Below, piece by piece: positions 16,723 through 26,663 of a stretch of 64,000 bases of DNA. Position 1 is the first letter of the stretch; the number at the start of each line of letters is the position of its first letter. The notes under the pieces were generated by a model, which did not search any database, was not told the DNA's origin, and was given only the letters and a program-made list of their open reading frames with translations. The DNA lies in the NCBI GenBank assembly GCA_012103475.1, contig WLWS01000006.1:136518-200517 (forward strand), written 5' to 3'. A program made the position numbers and the translations under genes. The DNA comes from Gammaproteobacteria bacterium. Lineage in GTDB: Bacteria > Pseudomonadota > Gammaproteobacteria > Eutrophobiales > Eutrophobiaceae.

Positions 16723-18837
16723 TCACACAGCTTTCGGATAAATCCGGTTTGTTGATTTTACCAGCTCATGCAAAAATGCCGGCACAGTAAACTGAGGCCC
16801 GTACTTAACCGCCAGTTGATCGCATTGTTTGATAAAGTCCGAAATACCCATGGTGTCTATATAGGAAAGCATGCCACCAGTATAAGACGGATAGCCACAA
16901 ATCAGAACTGATGCGATGTCAGCATCGGCAGCCTGCATAGTTTCATCAGCATAATAAGAAAGTGCAGTGAGTGCCTGAATACTTAAAAACCGCTGTCTGA
17001 GAACTTCAATATCGACCTGTTCTGAATCTGGCGGGAAATGTTCGTTCAATGAAGACCATAATGAGATGGTCTTGCCTTCATTGTAATCATAGAAGCCTTT
17101 GTTTTCGACAAGTCCTTTTCTATCATGCTGTGAATGCAAAGTATGCAGGACAGCTTTCGCATCCTTGTCATCGCATTGATCTTCCAGTGTCTGTAACGAC
17201 ATACTATCAATCAATCTCAAAGGACTTGTTTTCATACCCGTACTACGAGCTGCGTTTTCCAGCAAGGCAGGCTTGATACCTGCGGCTACCATACGCAAGG
17301 CTTCTTCCATGTAGGCTTGGTTACAATGCCGACTGAATAGCGGCAGGATATCGGATTGAATGAGTGGTGTTTTACGTAGTTGTTTACTGAAATCGAGGGA
17401 CATTGCAATGCATTCATCACTAGCATCTTCTGCCAGAATAATTTCAACTGTCGTATTCTTTTCTACTGGTGCTTTAATATGCCAGCCGATGGTATTTTTA
17501 TATTTCGGCAAGACCCTTGTTATATCTGCAATACTAATATCAGATGTTGTACTAGCGATAAGAGTCGTTGATGATAGGTCTGCGAGCAGATCTGCCAGCG
17601 TATCGATCTGAGTTCCACCTGTAAGTAATATAATCTGACTTTCCGCAAGACTGTTTTTATCAACATCCAGCGCTATCCGTGCAATCAGTGCATCGGCTTT
17701 TTCTCGCGTGCTTCTGCCAGATTCAATTTTTTTCTCTGAGTGTTTAGCTGCATAGTCCTGCATTGACTGCGCTACGCTCTTTGCATTTTCTCCAGCTGTT
17801 CGTATCTCTATATCGGCAGTGGCACAGGCAAGTGCCAGACTTTCCACTTCACCAGGTACACCAATAATTGTCGCTTGTTTTACCTTAACAGGCTCGACAG
17901 ATTGCGGACGTCTTTCATGTTTGTCTGCAATCCCTTTATTCAGAAACAAAGTGCGGGTCATATTGCGGTAAACAGGATCGCGGGTGAGTTTTGAAAACTC
18001 CCGGGTTTCGATTTTAAGCGCCGCATCAAATGAAATCACAGTGGTGCCGTTAAAGATCGCTTCAAGTGCAGCGAGTGGGGCGGGGTAGTTATAACGTGCC
18101 GTCGTGGCGACACGAGTTGTTAAATCCTGCCAGAGTTTACCAATCTTCGGATTATTTAATGTTGCACCGCCGGGTATTTGAAAACCCCGCTTATCCCAGG
18201 CTTGCTCAGATACGCCTTCTTCTTTAAGCCAGCGAATCGCCTCGTCTAATAACTCATCTCTATTTACGACCTTATGCACCAGCCCGAGCTTCAGCGCCTT
18301 TTGCGGAGAAATATGTGCACCGGAAAGAATCAATTCCGTCGCATCTTTGATGCCAATCAGACGAGGAAGACGTTGTGTACCACCGGCACCTGGAATCAAA
18401 CCGACATTGGTTTCCGGTAAGCCCAATGGGATCTTTTCATCATTAACTACCACACGGTAATGACAGGCCAGAGCCAGCTCAAGACCGCCACCTAAGGCCG
18501 CACCGTTAATTGCACAGGCGACTGGTTTGCCACAGGTTTCCAGTTTACGCAACGCTTCGGTAAACACACGCGACTCTGAATAAGCCTGTTCCGGACTACG
18601 CTCAAGATCGTACAAACTGACCAGACGCTTCAAATCGCCACCGGCGACAAAGGACGATTTGCCGGACTGGATAACAGCGCCTATGGCTTTTTCATCTGTT
18701 GCCAATTGTTCGGCGACTTTGGCAACATCCTGATGTAAATCCGGTGTCAGAATATTCATCGGCCGGTCTTTTACATCGATGGTAATGATGACGACGCCAT
18801 CCCCAGAGTGTTCGTAGTTCATAGTGACTAAATTCAT
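16723..18837 (-). CDS. FadB/FadJ-like multifunctional protein (enoyl-CoA hydratase + 3-hydroxyacyl-CoA dehydrogenase-like domains)
   Basis: Crotonase motifs FVAGGDLK and AINGAALGGGLELALACHYR. The C-terminal half is collinear with FadB (GWHIKAPVEKNTTVEI, KGFYDY), but the GxGxxG loop is degenerate (GVPGEV). Confidence 0.8.
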   Translation of the reverse strand: MNLVTMNYEHSGDGVVIITIDVKDRPMNILTPDLHQDVAKVAEQLATDEKAIGAVIQSGKSSFVAGGDLKRLVSLYDLERSPEQAYSESRVFTEALRKLETCGKPVACAINGAALGGGLELALACHYRVVVNDEKIPLGLPETNVGLIPGAGGTQRLPRLIGIKDATELILSGAHISPQKALKLGLVHKVVNRDELLDEAIRWLKEEGVSEQAWDKRGFQIPGGATLNNPKIGKLWQDLTTRVATTARYNYPAPLAALEAIFNGTTVISFDAALKIETREFSKLTRDPVYRNMTRTLFLNKGIADKHERRPQSVEPVKVKQATIIGVPGEVESLALACATADIEIRTAGENAKSVAQSMQDYAAKHSEKKIESGRSTREKADALIARIALDVDKNSLAESQIILLTGGTQIDTLADLLADLSSTTLIASTTSDISIADITRVLPKYKNTIGWHIKAPVEKNTTVEIILAEDASDECIAMSLDFSKQLRKTPLIQSDILPLFSRHCNQAYMEEALRMVAAGIKPALLENAARSTGMKTSPLRLIDSMSLQTLEDQCDDKDAKAVLHTLHSQHDRKGLVENKGFYDYNEGKTISLWSSLNEHFPPDSEQVDIEVLRQRFLSIQALTALSYYADETMQAADADIASVLICGYPSYTGGMLSYIDTMGISDFIKQCDQLAVKYGPQFTVPAFLHELVKSTNRIYPKAV

Positions 18838-18858
18838 GTCTGACTTACTCTGGAAAAC

Positions 18859-20064
18859 TTAGACACGTTCAATAATGGTCGCAGTGCCCATACCAGCGCC
18901 GACACAAAGATTGATTAAAGCGGTACCAAGGTTCTGTCGCTCCAGCTCATCGAGAACTGTGCCGAGGATCATGGCACCGGTTGCGCCAATCGGATGGCCC
19001 ATGGCAATGGAACCACCATTGACGTTTATTTTATCGTGGGGAATATTCATCTCCTGTATGAACAAGAGCACAACCGAAGCAAAGGCTTCATTGAGTTCGA
19101 ACAAATCAATATCTGCTTGTTGCATCCCTGCCTTTTCCAGTGCTTTGCGTGCGGATGGTGTCGGGCCGGTAAGCATGACGGTGGGATCTGTCCCGACAGA
19201 GGCAAAAGAACGAATCCTTGCCCTTGGTTTCAGATCCAGTTTTTTAGCGGTATCTGCATCGCCGATCAGGACGGCGGCGGCACCGTCAACAATACCACTG
19301 GAATTCCCCGCTGTATGAATATGGTTGATTTTTTCTAATTCGGGATACTTACTGATAGCTTGCTCATCGAAACCATCTGCCCCCATTTTTTCAAACACGG
19401 CTGGTAATTTTGCCAGATCTTCTAGGCTTGTATCTGCGCGCATATGTTCATCTCTGGATAGTAATGGCTGACCAATAGAATCCACAACAGTGAATACCGA
19501 CTGGTCAAAGTAGCCATTATCCCAGGCATGGGCAGTGCGACGCTGACTTTCCAGTGCGTACAGATCCGCATCCTCTCTGCTGAAGTCATGCAACGTAGCG
19601 ATCAAATCTGCAGATATACCCTGTGAGACGAAATGAATTTTGTGTGCCAGAGAAGGATCTGAAGACCAGGCACCGCCTGAAGAACCAATCGGTATACGCG
19701 ACATACTCTCAACACCGCATCCAATGACCAAATCGCACTGTTTCGACATGACTTTGGCGGCGGCAAGATTTACAGCTTCCAGCCCTGAGGAGCAGAAGCG
19801 ATGGATCTGCTGGCCGGGCGTAGTCAGGGCATATTCTGCTTTCAGGCAGGCGCTACGACCGATGGCACTGCCCTGTTCGCCGATAGGGGAACCACAGCCG
19901 GCGATGACATCTTCCACCAGTCCGGTATCTAGTTGAGTTCGTTCGCGTAATTGAATCAGGGTCTGTGACAGTAATTCGACTGCTGACACGGAGTGCAATG
20001 CGCCCGACGGGCGTCCTTTTCCTCGTGGTGTTCGAAGATGATTATATATGTACGCGTCAGACAT
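18859..20064 (-). CDS. acetyl-CoA C-acyltransferase (degradative thiolase, FadA-like)
   Basis: Active-site Cys region RFCSSGLEAV; NVNGGSIAMGHPIGATG; LCVGAGMG. Confidence 0.9.
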   Translation of the reverse strand: MSDAYIYNHLRTPRGKGRPSGALHSVSAVELLSQTLIQLRERTQLDTGLVEDVIAGCGSPIGEQGSAIGRSACLKAEYALTTPGQQIHRFCSSGLEAVNLAAAKVMSKQCDLVIGCGVESMSRIPIGSSGGAWSSDPSLAHKIHFVSQGISADLIATLHDFSREDADLYALESQRRTAHAWDNGYFDQSVFTVVDSIGQPLLSRDEHMRADTSLEDLAKLPAVFEKMGADGFDEQAISKYPELEKINHIHTAGNSSGIVDGAAAVLIGDADTAKKLDLKPRARIRSFASVGTDPTVMLTGPTPSARKALEKAGMQQADIDLFELNEAFASVVLLFIQEMNIPHDKINVNGGSIAMGHPIGATGAMILGTVLDELERQNLGTALINLCVGAGMGTATIIERV

Positions 20065-20249
20065 AGTGTCTCAACATTTGAAGTCTTCTAAGAGTGGAGA
20101 AGAGTGGATGTCGCGGTAGTTTATCTTAATTATTATATTTCAAACTGACCTCAGAAACGTTATCATAAACTTGAGTTTTATTCAAAAACTAATCGCTTTA
20201 ACAAAGAAAATCAGTAGCTTCGTGAATGTGGGCTGAGAAGAGGACAGAA

Positions 20250-21020
20250 ATGGAATTGAACAATCGTGTAGCCGTTGTAACAGGTGGTGCCTCCGGTTTG
20301 GGCAGAGCCAGTGTTGAGGCGTTCGTGAAAGCGGGTGCCAGAGTTGCCATATTCGATATGAATGAAGAAGCTGGTCGGGAACTGGCCGCGAAACTGGGCG
20401 AATCTGTTATTTTCTGCCCGGTCAATATCAGCGAGGAAAGCTCAATTGTCTCTGCCATCGGAGAAGTAGTGACGGCCTTTGGTGCAATCCACATTTGTGT
20501 TAACTGTGCCGGCAGGGGCGGGGGAGCGACAAAAACCCTGAGTAGAAAAGGGCCTTTCCCAATGGATTTGTTCAGAGATGTTATCAACATCAATCTTGTT
20601 GGCACCTTCAATATGATTACGCTCGTTGCAGAAAAAATGGCAGAAAACGAAGTCAACGACAAGGGCGAACGGGGAGTCATCATTAACACTTCATCAATAG
20701 CGGCTTACGAAGGACAGCGAGGGCAGGTCGCTTACGCCGCGAGCAAGGGTGCATTGGTCAGCTTGACCCTGCCGGTAGCACGCGATCTTGCCTACTACGG
20801 TATACGTATTGTGACGATTGCACCGGGTCTTTGCGAGACGCCATTGTTAGGAGGTCTGCCTGATGAGGTAAAGGAAGGTCTGGCAAAAGACGTCCAGTTT
20901 CCGAAACGATTGGCAGAACCTGATGAGTTTGCCTCGATGGTTGAAGAGATTGTCAGTAACGCCTATATAAATGGTGAAACTATTCGTCTGGATGGCGGAC
21001 TGAGAATGGGACCCGGTTGA
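20250..21020 (+). CDS. SDR, 3-hydroxyacyl-CoA dehydrogenase type-2-like
   Basis: VAVVTGGASGLG; YAASKGALVSLT; ETIRLDGGLRM. Start moved to ATG 20250, which has AGAGGA upstream. Confidence 0.8.
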   Translation: MELNNRVAVVTGGASGLGRASVEAFVKAGARVAIFDMNEEAGRELAAKLGESVIFCPVNISEESSIVSAIGEVVTAFGAIHICVNCAGRGGGATKTLSRKGPFPMDLFRDVININLVGTFNMITLVAEKMAENEVNDKGERGVIINTSSIAAYEGQRGQVAYAASKGALVSLTLPVARDLAYYGIRIVTIAPGLCETPLLGGLPDEVKEGLAKDVQFPKRLAEPDEFASMVEEIVSNAYINGETIRLDGGLRMGPG

Positions 21021-21089
21021 AGGCAGTATCCACAAATGCGGGCTATAATAAATAAAGTACTTTGAGCTAGTGAACCAACGAGGTTAATC

Positions 21090-21644
21090 ATGGCAAATTC
21101 CCCATTGCAACGAATTCCAAGAGAGAATCTTTCCGAAAGTGCCCAGCTTGCCTGGGATCATCTGAAAAAACTGACTAATGAGCCTACCTTTGTTGAGGTA
21201 TTCGCGAACGCGCCGGAGATGCTCGATTTTATAATGAATCAGTTTTACGCAAAAATATTTTTCGGTGGCAAAGTTGAACAAAAGTACAAACAGCTCGCAC
21301 GCTTACGATTATCACAGATTCATGGCTGTAGAACCTGTAATAAGCAAAACGTACCTGGTTCTCTCGAAGCAGGAATCACTGAGGAACAGGTAGAGCAAGT
21401 GGACAATGTTGATGCTGGTCCATTTAGTGATGCGGAAAAAGCGGTGGTGAAATTTGCCGAGGAAATGGCATTAACTAACCATGAAGGTAAATTGAATCAG
21501 GAACTCTATGATCAATTGCATGCACACTTTAGTGATGAAGAAATTTGTGAACTGGGTTCTGTGATGGCCTTTATTGGCGGTTTCGCAAAACTCGCCTTTG
21601 TCATGGATCTTGTGGAACGAGAGGACTATTGTCCGTTTAATTGA
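21090..21644 (+). CDS. carboxymuconolactone decarboxylase (AhpD-like) family protein
   Basis: IHGCRTCN (CxxC-containing CMD motif); all-helical, 184 aa. Confidence 0.65.
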   Translation: MANSPLQRIPRENLSESAQLAWDHLKKLTNEPTFVEVFANAPEMLDFIMNQFYAKIFFGGKVEQKYKQLARLRLSQIHGCRTCNKQNVPGSLEAGITEEQVEQVDNVDAGPFSDAEKAVVKFAEEMALTNHEGKLNQELYDQLHAHFSDEEICELGSVMAFIGGFAKLAFVMDLVEREDYCPFN

Positions 21645-21708
21645 AATTGTTGAATACAGTATCTGCGTGTAGACACTTGATCTAACTGTAAGCCTGGGAG
21701 TAAACGCG

Positions 21709-23073
21709 ATGAGTGACAGAAACGAAGTTGAAGATTGGGTAATCAATCCAGAATTATCCAGCGATGATCTGGAAGGTAAACAGGCACACATTGATAATGG
21801 CACAGAACCATTGGATCCCTATCGTTACTATAGTGAGGACTTCATGGAGCTGGAATGGGAACGCCTGTGGACAAGGGTCTGGCAATTAGCCGGTGTAGAG
21901 TCCGATATTCCTGAAGCCGGAGATTATCTACTTTATAAAATTCGTCATGAAGAAATCATCGTAGTCCGGCAGGACGATAATTCGGTGAAAGCATTTTATA
22001 ATGTATGTCCCCATAGAGGTAATCGTCTGGTTTTTAATGATCGCGGAACCTTAATGCAGTTCACTTGTGCATTTCATTCCTGGCAATTCGGATTAAACGG
22101 ATGCCTGAAGAAAATTACCGATGAGCAGACATTCAAAAGCGATGTTATAAAACATCGTCCGGGACTCACGAATGTACGCTGCGAAACTCGGGCGGGGCTG
22201 ATTTTTATCAATATGGATGAAGAGGCGCCACCCTTAACAGATCGTCTGGGTTTACCAGAAGGCTATCTTGAACAATATCAGATAGAAAAAATGAACGTGG
22301 TTCGTCATGTGGTGGCAGAATGGGGTGCAAACTGGAAAAACGGGGTGGATGCTTTTTATGAAACCTACCATCTGCATGCGATTCATCCCCAGACTCAGGG
22401 AGTAATGGCAGACATAGGTACTCAATATGATCTGTATCCGCATGGCTCCCAGAGAATGATTGTCCCAATAGGCTGTAAAAGCCCCCGGGTTGAAGATCAG
22501 GAGTCTGTGGATGCCGGATTAAACTACATGATGACCAGTGAAGGCATGGATGCCAGTAAATTTACCGGCACAGCCAGTGAAGTTCGTTTTGCAATAGCAA
22601 AGCATAAACGTGAAAGGGCCAGGAAACTGGGATTCGACTATGACCATTTCAGTGATACCCAGCTAATGGATAGCTGGGCTACCGGCATATTTCCCAATGT
22701 TCAGATTGGTATGCATCCGGAGGGTTGTTTCCTCATGCGCTTTATGCCACATCCGACTGATCCGCAAAAATTCTATTACGACACGATGAGCTTATTTCGG
22801 GCGGCTGAAGATCCGAATTACAAGGCGCCCGACTGGATGGGTGTGCCGGATGGCATAGATTTAACAGGATCACATCGCCCGGACACTGAATATGTGGCAA
22901 TAGGTGAACCCGCCAATCTTGGCGAAGTGCTGGAGCAGGACGTGCAATTATTGCAGGATGTTCAGGCTGGGACCCATTCCCGTGGTTTTAAAGGTGCTTT
23001 GTGGGGTGAGCAGGAGCAGAGAATCAGGCACTACCAACGCGAAGTTGATCGTTATGTTGATGGAGAAAAATAA
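21709..23073 (+). CDS. Rieske [2Fe-2S] non-haem-iron oxygenase, alpha subunit
   Basis: Rieske motif CPHRGNRL...CAFHSWQF. Catalytic-domain His pair in DAFYETYHLHAIHP. Confidence 0.85.
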   Translation: MSDRNEVEDWVINPELSSDDLEGKQAHIDNGTEPLDPYRYYSEDFMELEWERLWTRVWQLAGVESDIPEAGDYLLYKIRHEEIIVVRQDDNSVKAFYNVCPHRGNRLVFNDRGTLMQFTCAFHSWQFGLNGCLKKITDEQTFKSDVIKHRPGLTNVRCETRAGLIFINMDEEAPPLTDRLGLPEGYLEQYQIEKMNVVRHVVAEWGANWKNGVDAFYETYHLHAIHPQTQGVMADIGTQYDLYPHGSQRMIVPIGCKSPRVEDQESVDAGLNYMMTSEGMDASKFTGTASEVRFAIAKHKRERARKLGFDYDHFSDTQLMDSWATGIFPNVQIGMHPEGCFLMRFMPHPTDPQKFYYDTMSLFRAAEDPNYKAPDWMGVPDGIDLTGSHRPDTEYVAIGEPANLGEVLEQDVQLLQDVQAGTHSRGFKGALWGEQEQRIRHYQREVDRYVDGEK

Positions 23074-23297
23074 GAGATTATAGTGACTCTTCAATCAGGG
23101 CTGTCTCGTAATAACAACAAATTTCTGCAGCGCAGCAAGAGAAGCTATTGGAATGATTGATAATTGCTCACTATTTCACTAGGCTAAAGACAGTTTTTAG
23201 AATATAATTCAAATTCTATTCGGAGAAGACGAATAGTAATTTGTTTTTCAGTTGGAAAATCACAACACCTAAGCGTCATCTTATTCCGGGGGAATGT

Positions 23298-25794
23298 ATG
23301 TACACCAAAAGTAAATCTCTGCAGAATAATCTGCTTAAATCAATTGTTATAGCCTTTCTTGCTCTCATCACCGCGTTACCTATGCAAGTTATGGCGCAGT
23401 CGGTTCTGGAAGAAATTCTGGTCACCGCGACACGAAGAGCCGAAACCGATATTCAGACCACACCGATTTCAGTATCAGCCATAACTGAAGATGCGCTCGA
23501 TGACATGCTTCTGTTTGACCTTGGTGATATCGCAGCGGCTGTCCCGAATCTTGTGCAGGGCAATGCACCGGCTTTTAGTTCTTTCAACCCCAGTCTACGA
23601 GGTGTTGGTAAGGACGGCATTATTTTGTATGTGGAATCTCCTGTTGGTGTAGCGGTCGATGATTTCGTACTAATGTCGACTCAGACTCAAAATTTGGAGC
23701 CTTTCGATATCGAGGCGATTGAAGTATTACGTGGTCCTCAGGGCACACTGTTTGGTAAAAACAGTACCGCCGGCCTGATCCATGTACGTACCAAAAAGCC
23801 AGTAATGGACGAACGCAGTATCGAAGTTCGCGCCAGCTATGCCTCTTTCGATAGTTTAGAGACAAAATTTGCAGGTAATTACGGCACCGATAGATACCCT
23901 TGCTTTTCGAGCTGCCGGTATTTATCAGAAGAACGATGGTTATTACAATGCAGGAAAGACCTCTACCAGTTTTAACCCGTTTACATTCGCGCCGGAAACA
24001 TTCACAGGTGATGGACGTGATCTTGCCGGTGTAGATAAATTTTCTGGTCGTTTTAAAGTTCTGTGGGAACCTAATGAAGACTTTAGTGCTATTGCGACTT
24101 ATGAAATCGTTCGAGACAACAGTGATTCACCAGTAGTTGTGAATGAAAGTGCTACCGCCGGCGGTGCAGTTTTCCCGACACTGGGTCTGACACCTGATGC
24201 CGGTTACGAAGCTGTCGCAGCGGGTGACCCTCTTGATCAGTCAAATCAGTCTCGACGTACTGATTTTTTCAACATGGATTCAGGACATCAGATTGATATT
24301 GACGGGTTTTATCTGAACATGGACTGGACAGTTGGTGATTACACCATTCACTCCGTAACTGGCTACCGTGAGGAAGAAGCTCGTCTGCCGAGTACTTACA
24401 TGGGTGAGGGAAGAGCATCACTGTTTGATGCAACACGAGACGATAATCGCGAGACCTTTCAGCAGGAAATTCGAATCGACTCAAACTACGACGGAGATTT
24501 TAACTTTACGGTCGGTGGTTTCTACCAGGAGGGCGATGTTAAATTCTGCGTAACCCAGATTTTGGGCTTCCTCGATTATTTCGGTGCCGGTTTTGCACCA
24601 AACACTATCCTGGGTGGACTCAGCGATGGCATGGGTAACCCACTTTCACTCGCTACCAATACGCATAACGACAACGCATCAGTATTGTGTAACCGTCAGG
24701 ATTCAAAAGCCTTTGCCCTATTTGCTGATGGAACATTCGATTTCACCGAAAAATTACAAATTGGTTTTGGTGTTAGACAGACTTATGAAAACAAGAAATG
24801 GGCTGGTCGTTCGCAAACCTATTTCCAGTTTCTTAATGGTACAGCTAATGGCGCAGACGAAACCCTGTTCGCATCACTTGGGAATAATCTGGATGCCGCA
24901 GACTTCGGACGTTTCCCTTTTAATGTGGCTACAGCAGAACAGAGCTGGACTGACCCGAGCTTTCGTGTCACAGCTGGTTATGCTGCAACCGATAATCTTT
25001 ATACATGGGCAACAGTATCACGCGGGGTTAAGTCAGGTGCGTTTAATGACCAGACCGGTACTTCGACAGTGGGTGTTCCAGTACCGTTTACTGACCCACG
25101 CACTATTGCTCCAATCGATCCGGAATTTGCGACTAGTTTTGAAATTGGCGTGAAAGCAGATCTGTTTGATAACCGCGTACGCATGAACGTGGTCTATTTC
25201 AATGTGACTTATGATGATGCGCAACGACAATTAAATGCTATCACCGGTAACTTTCAGGAAACCCGATTCTTTAACGCGGCAGAGCTGGACGCTGAGGGTA
25301 TCGAGTTTGAGGGTAGCTGGGTCGTAAATGATAACCTGACAATCAGTGGTAACTGGTCCTGGCAGGATGTGGAATTTGTGTCGTTTGAAGCAGATACCGA
25401 TTTTGACGGTGTAACCGACATTAATCTATCCAACCAGCCTGTTAACCGTTCACCTGAATGGACTGCTTACATCATGGCGAGCTATGAGCACACGCTGGGT
25501 GACATGGGTATGGCCAGACATAACCTCAGCGCTTCATTTGTTGACGACACTGTTTTTACCTACTCAGCTCTCGGACCAGCATTCGATGCCATGGCTGATA
25601 ACCGTACTCTGGTAAACTGGAGTACAACATTAACGGATTCAAGTGAGAAATATTTTATCCGCGCCTTTGGTAAAAACCTGACTGATGAGCGCTATCGCAC
25701 TGGTAATCTGGCTGTAGCCGGACTCTGGACGATGGCTTCTTACGGAGCACCACGTCAGTGGGGTGTTGAAATTGGTGGCAAATTTGATTTCTAA
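23298..25794 (+). pseudogene. TonB-dependent receptor, split by a frameshift near 23880-23890
   Basis: Signal peptide and plug (LEEILVTATRRAE, IEVLRGPQGTLFGKNSTAG) are in frame 0 and the barrel is in frame +1. The homology is continuous across ...LETKFAGNY / APIDTLAFRAAGIYQ... The protein ends in the terminal Phe typical of OMPs. Confidence 0.8.
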
Positions 25795-25818
25795 TAATAA
25801 TAACTAGGCATTATTTTC

Positions 25819-25845
25819 AGGCCGGCTTTATGCCGGCCTTTTTTG
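25819..25845 (+). terminator. Rho-independent terminator after the TonB receptor gene
   Basis: Perfect 8-bp GC-rich stem aggccggc / gccggcct with loop tttat, followed by a T-run. Confidence 0.8.
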
Positions 25846-25860
25846 TTGAGGAATGTACCC

Positions 25861-26607
25861 ATGACAAATAAAAAATTAGCGAACAAAGTTGCTATTGTGA
25901 CCGGTGCCGCCAGCGGAATTGGTCGAGCCATAGCCAGTTTGTATCTGGATAATGGTGCCAGTGTGCTGGTTGTCGATATGCCCGGACAGAATCTTCAGGA
26001 GCAATTTAATTCTGATGCAGTTCAATATCTGGAAGTTGACATCACGGAGTCTCATGCACCGCAACGAATAGTAAATGAATGCATAAACGCATTTGCACAA
26101 TTGGATATTCTGGTAAACAACGCCGGTATTTGTATCGCAGGAGATTTCGAAGAACTAAGTGATGAGCAATGGGAGAGAATTCTCTCGGTAAACGTGACAT
26201 CAATGTTCAGAATCTCACGTGAAGCCATACCTCATTTAAAAGAATCTAAAAAGGGGAGAATTATCAATCTGGGCTCAATTATGTCAGACATGGGCGGACC
26301 CTCGTTATCAATTTACGGTATGTCAAAGCATGCGGTGGCCGGGCTCAGCAAAGGAATGGCTGTAGATCTGGGCAAGCATCAGATCACTGTGAATTATCTA
26401 CAACCAGGATCCATCGTCACTGCTTTGTCCGAACCCTTTATGGATGATCCTGCTTTTAAAAAATACTGGGAAGATAAAGCACCCATCGGTCGTCTTGGTC
26501 AACCGGAGGAGGTGGCATACGCCGCGTTGTTTCTGGCCGCCGATGAAGCACAATTTATTTCCGGACTCGGCCTGAATGTAGATGGTGGTGCTATTGTTAA
26601 TTTCTAA
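25861..26607 (+). CDS. short-chain dehydrogenase/reductase (SDR)
   Basis: VAIVTGAASGIG; NNAG; YGMSKHAV. Confidence 0.85.
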   Translation: MTNKKLANKVAIVTGAASGIGRAIASLYLDNGASVLVVDMPGQNLQEQFNSDAVQYLEVDITESHAPQRIVNECINAFAQLDILVNNAGICIAGDFEELSDEQWERILSVNVTSMFRISREAIPHLKESKKGRIINLGSIMSDMGGPSLSIYGMSKHAVAGLSKGMAVDLGKHQITVNYLQPGSIVTALSEPFMDDPAFKKYWEDKAPIGRLGQPEEVAYAALFLAADEAQFISGLGLNVDGGAIVNF

Positions 26608-26663
26608 AATTGATTTAGTTCATAACTTTTCACTGGCACATATTGAATGAGAAACGAAAGATT

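Noticed and set aside
20198-20689. 163-aa ORF antisense to the SDR gene, and similar long shadow ORFs (8764-9207, 11576-12034, 13875-14249, 18875-19318, 30112-30798, 39706-40230)
   Set aside because: Each lies entirely inside a well-supported gene on the other strand or in another frame. Each has low-complexity, Ser/Arg/Ala/Pro-rich composition and no recognisable motifs. These are typical non-coding shadow frames.
23216-23250. Hairpin ctattcg-gagaaga-cgaatag followed by a T-rich stretch, between the Rieske gene and the TonB receptor
   Set aside because: The stem is only 7 bp and AT-rich, giving weak predicted stability. It could be a weak terminator or an operator, but the evidence is insufficient to annotate it.
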